Below are positions 1 through 12,351 of a DNA stretch of 64,000 nt, piece by piece. Every line of letters begins with the position of its first letter. Positions within the stretch are counted from its first letter, which is position 1. The notes beneath the pieces were generated by a model that did no database searches, was not told the DNA's origin, and worked only from the letters and a program-made list of their open reading frames with translations. Source of the DNA: Lama guanicoe (taxonomy: Eukaryota); the NCBI GenBank assembly GCA_013239625.1, contig MU053448.1, forward strand, positions 186,001-250,000, in the 5' to 3' direction. The position numbers were made by a program, and so were the translations under genes.

Positions 1-1180
1 GCTGCCCCGACCCGACCCGCGCCCCCCGTGGGGTCCCGGCCGCCCTCGGAACCGAGCCGGGCGGTTGGGGCGGGAGGGGTGCGGCGGGGGTGCCGGGGCC
101 TCGCGGGCGGCCGGGACTTGATCCTGGGCAGCGCGGCCTCCCCGGCGGCGCGGCCTCCCGGGGTCGCCCCGGCCCCTGCGCGCCGCTGACCCCGCGGCCC
201 GGACCCCTAGCCCCTGCGCTGCGGCCTGGGAGTCCCGAAGCCCGGCCCGCGCCCCCTACCCCAGCGCCCCCGGCACGTGGCGGAGCTCCAGTGGGGAGTG
301 GGTGCATTGGGGTTTCTCGGTTATTGTTGGAAAGTAAGGAGCCGGCGGTTTGCACTGAGGTCGTGCGAAGAGACTTGAGCAGTTTGCTTTGTGCCTTTTT
401 CTGAGGGAAGGAGAGAGACTGGCCGAGCGAAACCATCTTGCAGATTCTTGGAGAGAGGAGTTTGAGGCTTTGTTAAGGAGCCGAGATTGTTACGTGGGCA
501 GCGCGGTTCCGCACAGCCAGACCGAAGGGTGTATTTTAAGCCTAAAAGGCGTTCTCCCAATTCGCGGAGTTTAGTGGGCGTGAGAAAAGGGTGGAAGATT
601 TTGGAAATGGGGTTTAAGGAGTGTTTTCCAAGTCGAGAGGCGTCCGGACCACGTCCACTCCAGGGTTAGGTGTGCGCGGCAGGATAGCGATTGCTCGGGA
701 AACCCTGTGCTGGACGGTCTGCGCGTCTCCGGGCGCCCGAGACCCGGGAGTTTCCTTTCCCGGGGTAGTGGGTGCTGCGCGCCCCGCACCGTGTTTTGCC
801 CAAGCTTGGCAAGCCGGGGAAGTATTCCTGCCGCTTATTAGGTGATTCCGTCCATGATCGTGATTGAAGCGGCAGTGATCCCCGTGCCGTAGCTCGGGTT
901 GCTGGGCTTAACTCACCACCAGCTCCGGCGGCTGGTGTTGGAGAACCCGGTTCCGGCCGCCCCGGGAGGCGCGGGCCTCGGGCGCTCTGCGCGGTGCCGG
1001 CCGTCCCTTCCCCCTGAAGGCCTGTCGTGATTTTCCGGGGAAGGCGCAGATCCGCACGCCCGGAACCCGAAGGAGTAATCCCGTTTTAAACAAACGTGGG
1101 CCGCGGCAGGTGTGTGTTTGTGGGAATTCGGTAGGAAGATGGTGCGAACGCCGCCTCCGCCGCGCAGCCGCGTCATCTCT
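1..1180. promoter_or_regulatory. CYFIP1: CpG island, probably the 3' part of the CYFIP1 promoter/exon 1/start of intron 1
   Basis: Very GC- and CpG-rich with GC-box-like motifs (e.g. GGGGCGGG at 67-74). It lies ~29 kb upstream of the first coding exon. Exon 1 boundaries could not be defined. Confidence 0.8.
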
Positions 1181-2119
1181 GTGACAGAGGCCAACAGGGA
1201 AATGTGGAAAAGACATTTCTTGTGTGAATGCATACGTTTGTGTGCTGATAGAGCGCTCCAAGAAAAGTTACCCACCAAGTGTGTTTGTACGTGTGTTTGT
1301 TTACATTTATTTTTTAGTTTATGTATAGTTAAATTCCCTTTGTGTTGGACAGTTCACTGAGTTTTGACAAATGCACAGAGTCGTGTGACTGCCACCACAA
1401 TCAAAATACACAACAGTTTCATCACCCCCTAAAGGCCTTCTTGCTGTTCCCCGTTCTCAACTCCTGACCACTGATCTGTACTTCATTCCTGCAGTTTTGG
1501 TTTTTCCAGAATGTCTTACATGGTTTCTAAGTCTGGCTTGTTCATTTAGCATAACGCCATTGAGATTCATCCATTCTCTCGTTTGTCCCTTTAACGTCTC
1601 CTAAAGACGTTAAAGTTTGAAAAGTGTACCTCTTAGGATACAACCTGAGCCGTTCGAATAATATTTGTAAGTCACGAGAAAAACGACAGAACATCAGCTC
1701 ATTAAGAAATGTAAACTGTATTGGGGGTGGAGGAAAAAATAAATGTAAACGGTACTGAACTACATATACTAAAAGTGAAATTCTCTGAGTACTTCTTGAT
1801 CTATAGCGTTTTATGTGCATGCACATAGGTTTTGTTTTGTGTGTGTGTTCTTTTTATAACATAATGAGATTATATTGCATGTATCATACCTTTTACTTAA
1901 TGATTCTGGATTACTTGAAGATTTTGGAGATCTTAAGATGTTGGCATTTACAGTATACATACACATAGACATCCTATCCCATAGTATAAATATACTATCA
2001 TTTATTTAATCAACCACCTGTTAACTGGCATTGTTATTTTGCATTTGTCACCCCGATAGTCAATGCCTGTGTCTATCTTTATATATATACACACCCAGGT
2101 TTATCATTCTGGAAGTGAA

Positions 2120-2540
2120 ATAATAACTAACATTTCTTGCTACTTATTTTGCTCCAGCATTGTTCTAAGCCAGGGTTATTTTTCCTGTAAAGATCCGAAT
2201 AGTGACTATTTATGGCTTTGCTGGCTATAGGGTCTCTGTCACAACCTCGCCAATTCCGCCGTTGTCGCACCAAGTCAGCATAGACGATCTGTAATGAATG
2301 AGTGTGGCTGTGTTCCAGTGAAATTTTACTTCTGGAAACAGGCAGTGAGCAGGCTGTAGTTGGCTAACTCCTGAGTACTTTACTTAATAATTATTCTCAC
2401 AACCCTCAAAGGTCGGTGCAATTTATTATTCCTACTTTATGAATGAAGAAACTGACAAAGAGATGAAATATGTGTTCAAGGTTACATTCCTGGTAAATGG
2501 CAGAGCCAGACTTTGAATCCAACCTGACTGCACACTTCTA
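2120..2540. mobile_element. MIR-like SINE remnant interrupted by a MER58-like hAT element (~2172-2373)
   Basis: CAGGG...CCTG termini with MER58-like internal motifs (gtggctgtgttccagtgaaattttac); MIR-like core (gaagaaactga...caaggttaca...aaatggcagagccag) downstream. Confidence 0.6.
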
Positions 2541-3179
2541 AGTTAAAAGTTAGGAAGAAGCTGCCAAAAATGCCTTCCCCCAAATGTTAGACCCTGGGAC
2601 CTGACGCTCATGCACCTACACAATCACTCACTTATGATTCTTTGAAGGCACTGTGCTTGCTCAGGTGCCACTCCAGAATCACCAGTCTCCGCTCCCCAGT
2701 TGGACCAGTGTCCCCTCAGCCCTCTTACTGAGTGACTGTGCCCTGGCTTTTGAGCTGTGTTTCCCTAGCACCAGCATATAGAGAGGTCAGCTCAGTCAGT
2801 GCTTGGGGCCGCCCAGCCAGCCAATGAGAGGAAAGACAGATTTCTGCAGGTGGGGTCAGGTTGGGTCCAGGCAAGTCTTTGTTGTTGAGGTCGGCTGCAG
2901 TATGATCACCCGGAGTGCGGGTGGCTACATTCCTTGGCCTGCCGTGGCCCATTTTTCTTCTTCAGTGACATGGAAAAAGTCCCTATTAGATAGTTGTGAA
3001 GATCAAATGAGATAGTGTATTTAGGAAATATACTGTGTAAGGGACTGTTACTACTGGTGCCATGTTTTCTACAGCTTTTATATAACTAACCAGCCCTAGC
3101 TACTCTGTTTTTGCAGCTAATTTTTAGCCGGCCCTCAGCAGCCACAGGTATAGCATGAATTAACTATAGCTGCATAATT

Positions 3180-6100
3180 TTGAAACTTTAGCCAGTGCAG
3201 TAAGGTCAGAAAAATTAATAAAAGGCAGATTTGAAAAAGAAAATAAAATTGTCCCTACTTGTCCCAGGGAATCTATGGAAAAAACTACTAGAACTAGTAA
3301 GTGAGGTTAAACATGGTCAGAAAATACGGTCACTGTAACTCAGTGTTATTTCTGTATATTAGCAATGAGCAATTAGAAAGTGAAATTTTAGAAAGTACCA
3401 TTTTCAGTAGCTTCAAAAAAACATACTGAGATGTCAATTGAATAAAATGTATGCAGGACTTAACATGCTGAAAACTACAAGATGCTGATGAATGAAATCA
3501 AAAATCACGTACATAAATGGAGAGGATTGTTATGGTCATGGATTGGAGCACTCACCGTAGTGAGGATGTCCTATCTCTCCACATTGATCTATAGATTGAA
3601 CACAATTCCAGTCCAATATTGCAGCAAAAATTATTTTAAACAACTTTATTGAGGTGTGATGTACATACTATGAAATTTACCTACTCTAAATGTACAGTGA
3701 TTTTTAGTAGGAAGTTGTGCAGTTTCACCATAATCCAGTTTGGGAAGGCACTTATCACCTCAGTAAGATCTCTCATGACCTTTTGCAGTGCATCCCCATT
3801 CCTGGCCCTTATTGTGGCTCATCACCACTTTACTTTCTGTCTTTCATAGATTTGCCATTTCTGGACATTTAACATAAATGAAAGTATACAATTTGTGGTC
3901 TTCATGTGTGGCTTCCTTCACTTAACATTTTTGGAGTTCATTCCTGTTGTAGTGTGTGCCAGCATTTCATTCCTTTCTGTTGGATTTCACATTTTGCTTA
4001 AGCATTCATCACATTCTTTGCCTATTATGAATAATGCTCCTGTGGAGACTCATGTGCCCATCTTTATGTGGGCATATGTTGTCATTTCTCTTGGCTAGAG
4101 AAGTGTTATTGTTGCGTCAAAAGATATTTATGTTTAATTTTGAGAAATCTCAACAGGCTGTTTTTATAGATAAAAAACAAGCTGACCCTAAAATTTATAC
4201 GAAGGGAAAAAGAAACTAAAATACTGAAAAAATGTTTAAAAACAAAAATAAATTGGAGAAATCACCTGATTTTTTTTGTTTACTATAATAAAATAGAAAT
4301 AACCTAAAATTCACAGTTTTAACCATTTTAAGTATACAGGTTAGTAGCATTGAGGCCATTTGGATTGTTGTGCAGCCATCACCACCGTCCATCCCCTGAA
4401 CTTCGTCATCATCCCAAACTGAAACTCTGCACCCATTTAAACGTTAACTCCCCACTCCTTTATTCCCCAGCTCCTAGTAACAACCATCTTACTGCCTGTC
4501 TGTGAACTTGACTGTTCCAGATACCTCATGTTAATGGAATCGTACAACATTTATCCTTTTGTGTCTGGCTTATTTCACTTGGTATAATGTCTTCAAGATC
4601 ATCCATTTTATAGCATGTATCAGAATTTAATTTATTTTTAAGGCTGAATAATATTCCACTGGATGCATGTACTGTATTTTCTTTATCCATTCGTCTATTT
4701 GTAGACATTTGGGTTGTTCCCACCTTTTGCTATGAACATGGGTGTACAGATAGCTCTTCGAAATCTTGTTTTCAATTCTTTTGGATACGTATACTCAGAA
4801 CTGGAATTGCTGAATCAGATGATATTCCAGGTTTGGTTTTTTTTGAGAAATTGTCATACTGTTTTCCGTAGCAACTGCACCAGCATGCCTATACCAGCAA
4901 CGCACAAGGGTTCCAGTTTCTTCACATCCTCACCAACACTTGTTATTTTCTGTTTTTTTGTTCGTTTGCTTTTGTTTTAAATAATCATCCTAATGGGTGT
5001 GAAGTGATATCTCATTCTGGTTTGGATTTGCATTTCCCTCACAATGAATGGTGTTGAGCATCTCTTCATGCACTTATTTGCCGTTTGTAAATCTTTGTTA
5101 GAGAAATGTCTATTCACATCCTTTGTCCATTTTTTGATCATGTCGTTTGGGTTTTTGGTGTTGAATTGTAGGAATTCTTTACATATTTTGAATGCCAGTC
5201 CATTATCAGATACATGATTTGCAAATATTTTCTCCCATTTGTGGGTTGTCTTTTCACTCTCTAGAGAGTGTCCTTGGGTGTACAGAGGTTTTTAATTTTC
5301 ACATCCAGTTTATCTCCTTTTTCTTTCGTTACTAGTGCCTTTGGTGGCATATCCAAGAAATCGTTGCAAAATCCAGCATCATGAAGCTTTTCTCATATAT
5401 TTTCTTCTAAGAGTTTTACAATTTTAGCTTTTGTGTTTAGTTTTTTTGTTAATTTGGGTTAATTTTTATATATAGTGTAAGATGATGGTTCAGTTTAATT
5501 CTTTTGCATGTGGCTATCCAGTTTTCCCAGCATCAGTTGTTAAAAAGACTGTCCTTTCTTCACTGAGTGGTCTTGACAGCTTTGTTGAAAATCATTTGAC
5601 CAAACATGCCAGGGTTTATTTCTGGGCTCTCCTACTTCGTTGGTCAATGTGTCAGTCTCTATGCTAGCACCACACTGTTTTGATTACTGTAGCTTTATAG
5701 TAATTTTTGAAATCTAAGTGTGAAATTTTCAGCTTCGTTCTTTTTCAAGATTGTTTTGGCTATTCTGGGTCTCTTGAAATTCCATAATAATTTTAAGATA
5801 GGTTTTTCTATTTTTGCAAAAATTCTATTAGAATTTTGAAAGGAATTGCATTGAATCTGTAGATGGCTTGGGTTATACTGTCATCTTACCAATATTAAGT
5901 CTTCCAGTTCATGAACATGGAATATCTTTCTATTTATTTGTGTCTTTAATTTCTTTCAGCGGTGTTTTGTAATTTTTGGTGTACAAATCTTTCACCTCCT
6001 TGGTTAAGTTTATTTAAAAATTTTTTTCTTTTTGATGCTATCATAAGTGGAATTATTTTCTTGATATCCTTTTTGGATTGTTCATTGCTAATGTATAGAA

Positions 6101-6625
6101 ATGCAGTTGATTTTTATGTGTTGCTTTTGTATTCTGCAGCTTTGCTGAATTCATTTACTATCTGCAACAGGTTTTTTGTGAAACCTTCAGGATTTTTACA
6201 TATAAGATCATGTTTTTGGTGTTTTCATGTATTAGGAGGCTGTGTTGTTAGGTGAACATATGTTTATAGTTGTTACATCTTGCTGATGGAGTGAGTGACC
6301 ATTTTATCATGAGGTTTCTAGTAACAATTTTTTTTCAAGTCTAATTTGTCTAATATTTGCCCAATATTAGTATTGCTACTTCTGCCCACTTTTGGTTTCT
6401 CTTTGCATAGTATGTCTTTTTCCATCCTTTTAGTTTCACTCTGTTTGTATCTCTGAATTTAACATGTGTCTTTCATAGATAGCGTATAATTGGTTCATGT
6501 TTTTTTTAATCCATTCTATCAGTGCCTGCCTTTTGATTGTCTAGTCCATTTACACTTAATGCAGATACCTTTATGACAGGATTTACACCTGCCATTTTCT
6601 TATTTGTTCTCTTTATGTTTTCTGT
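3180..6625. mobile_element. Cluster of old L1 fragments (mixed orientation, mostly minus from 4280)
   Basis: Degenerate L1 ORF2 and 3' UTR motifs; short L1-like peptides in the ORF track. Confidence 0.8.
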
Positions 6626-7046
6626 CTAGAGACCCTTTGGCCATAAGTGTGGGGCTTAGGCACAGCAGCTCTGTAGGAGCCCGTAGAGACATGAGTGGGG
6701 CTTAACCATGACACCTCTGGCCTGATTCAGGTTAGCTAATAGAATTTCAGAGCACCCCAGGGATAAGATTTTCATTTATATGAGTTTTTTGTGTTACAGG
6801 CCTCTCAGAGTGTGGTCTCAAGAACATAGGATGTGTTTTTCACGTGTGTTGGTTTGAGTCTGGTATGCATTTGTGCTGTTGAGCATTCGTTGACCCGGCT
6901 GTGCCCCCATCCAGCTGCATCCACTTGTCTCACCTCCATGCAAGGCTGTGGGGACAGAAATCATCAGCCTTGAACTAGTTGTAAGACAGGTAGACAGTGA
7001 TAGCTACCATGAGTTTGAAACAAGCATATTTGTCATTTGTATTTAT

Positions 7047-7175
7047 TTATTTTTTTACTTTTTTGGGGAGGAAGGGGGAGGTAATTAGGTTTGACTTATT
7101 TCATGCAGGTGCTGGGAATTGAACTCAGGACCTCGTGCATGCTAGGCATGTACCCCTGAGTGCTACCTTCTCCCC
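7047..7175 (-). mobile_element. Camelid tRNA-derived SINE (vic-1-like)
   Basis: tRNA-like head with B box and CCTAATTACCTCCCCC tail; TSD tgtcatttgtatttat/tgtgatttgtatttat. Confidence 0.85.
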
Positions 7176-7500
7176 TGTGATTTGTATTTATATGTCAGAT
7201 ACTCCACTAGCCAAGCTTGTCAGGCTCCGATTTTCACTCTCCCTTGGGGGAATTTTGCTCCTCGGGGGAGAAAAGCCAGTGCTTAGAGAGCAGTGACTTC
7301 CATCTGGGAACCTGATTTCATAGAAAGATTTTATGCCGAGAGCCAGTATGGTCATCCTTGTGCTTGTATTGTCCTGGCCAGGACAGTGGTGATGGGCAAT
7401 GATTCATCCTTGAAGATACTCACAGAAGAAGGTGCACTTTACTCTGAAGAACAACATAGCCCCGAGTCAGAAGTGGTGATGAGGATTTGCATCATATTTA

Positions 7501-8105
7501 TTTATTTATTTGCCTTTTATTTTATTTATTTATTTTTTAAAATTGACGCATAGTCAGTTACAACGTGTCAGTTTCTGGTGTACAGCACAATGTCCCAGTC
7601 ACGCATATATATACATATATTCGTTTTCATATTATTTTTCTTTGAAGGTTATTGTAAGATATTGAATATGGCTCCCTGTGCTATAGAGAAATTTGTTTTT
7701 CTAAATCTATTTTTATATGTAATGGTTATCATTTGCAAATCTCAAACTCCCAAATTTATCCCTTTCCCCCTCCCCACCCCACCAGTAACCATAAGATTGT
7801 TAACTATGTCTGTGAGTCTGTGTCTGTCTTGTAGATGAGTTCATTAGTGTCCTCTTTTTTTCTTTTCTTTTAGATTCCACATGTGAGTGCTATCATATGG
7901 TATTTCTCTTTCTGTTTCTCTTTCTGGCTTACTTCACTTAGAATGACAATCTCCAGGGCCACCCATTGTTGCTGCCAGAGGCATTATTTTATTCTTTTTT
8001 ATGGCTGAGTAGTATTCCATTGTATAACTATACCACATCTTCTTTACCCAATCATCTGTTGATGGACATTTAGGTTGCTTCCATGTCTTGGCTATTGTAT
8101 ATAGT
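7501..8105 (-). mobile_element. 5'-truncated L1 3' end
   Basis: ORF2 C-terminal peptide IAKTWKQPKCPSTDDWVKKMW; T-rich tail; flanking tcatattta repeat. Confidence 0.85.
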
Positions 8106-8408
8106 TGTGTCATATTTAAATCCATGACTCAAGCTGTTCCACAATTTTCTTCTTTTCCCACAAATCCTGCCTGGAAGAATTGGTCTCCACAAAACCAGTG
8201 AGCTTTAAAAGTACCTGGACTTGGCTTTTTGGAGTTGCCTACCCCCAGGGATCATGGCATAACCAAGTGTGTTAAATCAAGCAGAGCTGTACGTGTGGGT
8301 GATAACACAGACTCTGGAGGGTGGGCTTTGCTCGTGCCCTGGAGACCGTACTGATGGTTTTGTACACACAAGCTGTGCTTTTCCCTTTGCTTTGATAGGG
8401 TGGGGGGG

Positions 8409-8814
8409 TGTATATTAGTCAGGATTCTCCAGAGAAACAGAACCCATAGGGTATTGTATATATAGAGAGATTTATTTTAGGGAGTTGGCTCATGTGATCA
8501 TGGAGGCTGGCGATTCTGGATTCAGAGTAGGCAGGCTGAGACCCAGGAAGAGCTGATGTTGCAGCTGTAGTCCAAAGTCCGTCCAGAGGCAGAATTCTTT
8601 CCTCTTTAGGGGAACTTGCTCGTTTCTCGTCAGGCCCTCAACTGTTAGGGTAAGGCCCATCCACGTTCTGGAAGCTCATCTGCTACTCAGAGTCTGCCCA
8701 TTTAAATGTAAATCACATCAAAGAACCACCTGTGCAGCAACCTCTACATTGATGCTTGACTGAAACCTGGATCATACCATAGTAGCCAAGGTGACACATA
8801 AAATTAATCATCAC
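8409..8814. mobile_element. MLT2-like (ERVL) solo LTR
   Basis: tattagtcaggattctccagagaaacagaacc...gacacataaaattaatcatcac termini. Confidence 0.75.
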
Positions 8815-9520
8815 GGTGGGTCATTTTTATGTTGTATTTTAATAATTTGCATTTTAGGTCATTGTCTCCTCCAGCAAAGGTTGGCTGAGTGCGTACTTCA
8901 GGGTAAGCCCCGTACAAAGGGCAGAAGTGGAGGGGGTCCCTGCCTTCTGGAACTGCCAGCTGAGTGAGGGGCCCACCCTCCCTCCACCAGGAAAAGGGAA
9001 CACATCCTTACTGTCAGACCTTGACCACAAGCTGTGAGAGGCTGTGACCCTCTCAGTGGCCACACAGGCCCCGCATCCACCAGAGGTGGACAGAGCGGGG
9101 CGTGTTCTCTCTGGGGACACCTCTGCCAGGATGGCCCGGGTCTGGGGTGGCTGCCAGCGAAGACGTGAATCCTGCCCTGCACTTCCGTGTGACCCATGCC
9201 AGGTTGTCTGTGTATCGCCTGGGCTCCGGGGCACAACCTCACAGATTGTCTGGGCTTAACTGTGGTTCTGGAAAGGCTCAGGAGAAGCTTCTTGAGCCCT
9301 CAGTTGGCCTGATTCTGCCTCAGGGTCAAGGCAGGAGGAGAAATGTGCTGTGTTATCCGGCCACACTCAACCTGGGGGTGCCCACAGGCTGGGCGGAGTG
9401 TGTGCGAAGACACGGCTTCCTATGGACTCCGAGAGTGAAAGGCTTAAATTCCCACTGAATTCCCTTTGTACGTAGGTCAGGTGCATTTCTGCAGAGTGAG
9501 CCAAGGTTGTGTAGTGGGTT

Positions 9521-9642
9521 GGGGCGGGTGGTAATTAGATTTATTTACTTAATTATTCTTCTTAATGGAGGTACTGGGGCTTGAACCCAGGACCTCATGC
9601 ATGCTAAGCGTGTGCTCTACCACTTGAGCTGTACCCTCCCCC
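9521..9642 (-). mobile_element. Camelid tRNA-derived SINE (vic-1-like)
   Basis: Reverse complement GGGGGAGGGTACAGCTCAAGTGGTAGAGCAC...GGTTCAAGCCCCAGTACCTCC plus tail. Confidence 0.88.
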
Positions 9643-10469
9643 TGCAAGAGTATGTATTTGAATGTACTTAGAACTCTGTGCCTTGGGAGCTTGTGAGTTG
9701 GTTTAGAGCGACTGGGATGGACGTCCTGCTGGACAGCCCCGCCGGCTCTCCCAGAAGGTCCTGCCCTGGCCCGCTGGCCACAGCAGTGGACATAGACATC
9801 ATCCGTCCCAGGTCCCCCAGCCCGCCAGGCCAGGCCGTGCTCACACCCCTGCACAGCTCTCCCGGCCTTGGAACCGTCAGTTCCCTGAGGATGGCAGCCC
9901 CAGCCCTGTTCTCAGCCTTCTGCCCCTTCAGCCGGCAGCTCCCAGGAAGGGGTGCTGGGGGGCGCCCGCCCTTCCTTCCACAGCCCTGGCCACATGTCCA
10001 AGTAGAGGCTTCCAGGTACCTCAGGTTGCTTGAAAAAGTTTAAATAATTTACGCACACTTATTCAGGATTTCTCCTTTCATTTTTTTATGTTTCTTTATT
10101 AGCTCAACCTGCGAAAAAAAAGACAGAGGTGATTTTGAGAATCACAGGATTTCACCTCCCAGTCTTCGTACACTGCTTACTCCATCCCTAAAGCGTCTCT
10201 GTGCACGTGCCCCAGTTGGTATCTCTGTCCAGACGTGCTGCGTAGATCATGAGGTGTGCACAGTTCATGACAGCTAGAGGTCTTGAAAAGATGTAGCACT
10301 GTGTTTGCCGGGCGGTGGTCGTGTCCGCATGCCAGGTGTAGAAGTCCCCACGCGGCACCTGGGAGCCAGGCTGGGGAACTGCAGTGGGGGCTGCGCTTGC
10401 CTGGGGCTGTGGGTCCTCCTGCCTTCCATTCCCGGCACATTTGCAGGAATGAACCCTTTTTCAAGGTTT

Positions 10470-10760
10470 GTGTATTAGTTTGCTAGGGGTTCTGTACCAA
10501 GGTACCTCAGGTCTGAAGCCGGGAAGTCCAAGATCAAGGTGTCAGCAGGGCTGGTTTTTTCTGAGTCCTCTCTCCTTGGTGTGTAGATGGCACCGTCTCC
10601 CTGTGTCTTCACATGTTCTTCCCTCCCTGCCTGTCTATGTCCCTTTTTATAAGGACACCAGCCACATTGGACTAGGACCCACCCTATGACCTCATTTTAC
10701 TTTAATTACCTCTGTAAAGACTCGTCTCTAAATACAGTCACACCCTGAGGTCCCTGGCAG
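10470..10760. mobile_element. MLT1-like (MaLR) LTR
   Basis: tgtattagtttgctaggg...gaagtccaagatcaaggtgtcagcagggctgg...aaatacagtcacaccctgagg. Confidence 0.75.
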
Positions 10761-11189
10761 TTCTTTTAGTTACAGGGACAGGGTGCCCGGGAGCCCTGGG
10801 AGCCTTGAGGACCAGGCGAGGAGGCAGGGGCAGGCAGGTAGCTGTCAGGGAGGCTTCATTCCTCCTCTTCCTGTAAAAAATACAGATGCTCCAGGGTTTT
10901 CTTTTGTCATTCTAAGGGATTACATGGTACACACGACGTTGGAGACAACTGCCCTAAGCATTTTCTTAAAGTGTGGGCCAGGGACTCCACATTCAGGAGG
11001 GGTGGGCTGGACGTTACAAATGCAGGTGCCCCGAGCACCCCAGCTCCACTGAGACGGGGCAGGGTATGAGAGTCAGCGTTTGTGCTAAGTCTCTGGAGTG
11101 TCTGTTTTAGTTGCAGCCAGCCGGTACCCCACCTCCCAGGGCATCCTGGGGTGCCACTTGCAGGCTTTTGTGATTCTCTGAATAAAATA

Positions 11190-12351
11190 CAGGCACACCT
11201 TGTTTAATTTTTCTCCACTTCATTGTGCTTTGGAGATGATGCTTTTTTTTTTTTTAAATAAACTGAAGGTTGATGGGAACCCTGCATCAAGCAAGTCTGT
11301 TGGTGCCATTTTTCCTTCAGCATTTGCTCACTCATGTGTCTGTGTCCCATTTTGGTAGTTCTTGCGGTATTTTTAACTTTTTCGTTGTTTTTATATTTGT
11401 TAGGGTGATCAGAGATCTTTGATGTTACTATTGCGAAAGATTATCAGGTTCTGCCGGCTCAGATGATAAAATGTAGACACATGTGTGTGTATGTTTACAT
11501 GTGCGTTTGCATATCCACATTCACACCTAAACGTGCATCTTAGTTTCTCAAGAGAAAGCACATTATAAACAAGGGGGCTGGAGTAAGTGACGGGCATTTT
11601 CCAGCAATAATGTATTTTTTAGTTTAGGTATGTACATTGTTTTGGGGTTTTTTCGAGGCGACAATAACCATTATTTATACTCTTAATACCAAGTAATTTT
11701 AAGCTGTTTTTACATTATCACAATGATATGTTTTTCAAAACCCATTTCCGACACCCTTTTTATTTCCCCCGAAGTATTGTCATCAGATACTCCTAGTTGA
11801 CATTCCTTTGGGACTCTTGGCCTGTTCTCTCTGCTGTTGCAGGGCAACCCCACACATTATTTCCAACGCACAAGCAATACTAAAGCACAGTGAATTTCCA
11901 GCCTTGATAAATACCATTATCAGAAATAGTCCTGAATTTCTTGTGCATACCATTAAATAAAAATAGTCTACGATTTGCTTAAAAGCCTGGCAGAGTTGGA
12001 ATGGTGGCAAAAGGGATGTGGGACATTTGGGGCAGAAGCAGCATGAATCAATCAACCACATAGTTGAGAATGATACTGAAAACAAGCTAATAGTTATTAA
12101 GCTCTTTTGTGTATCAGCCACTGTTTTATTGAAGTCTAGTCAGTTTACAATGTTGTGTCAATTTCTGATGTGTACATTGTTTTTTAAGACACAATGAATG
12201 CTATTGACCACTTAATAGACTACAGTACAGTGTAAACTTTATAACTTTATATGCCCTGGGAAACCGGAGAATTTGTGTGACTTTTATTGCAATATTTGCT
12301 TTGTTGCGGGGAGGCTGGAACAGAACCCACGACATCTCCAAGGTCTGCCTC
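11190..12351. mobile_element. Internally deleted Tigger1-like DNA transposon carrying nested insertions
   Basis: Termini CAGGCACACC... and ...AGGTCTGCCTC flanked by TA (11188-11189, 12352-12353); Tigger1-like left and right arms. Confidence 0.85.
11644..12170 (-). mobile_element. L1 3'-end stub plus ~470 bp of 3'-transduced sequence
   Basis: TSD tgtacattgtttt (11631-11643, 12171-12183); L1 tail at 12124-12170; T run at the left end. Confidence 0.75.

Noticed and set aside
11654..12123. Processed pseudogene or the 112-aa ORF at 11783-12121
   Set aside because: No recognisable protein; the attached L1 tail inside the same TSD fits a transduction better.
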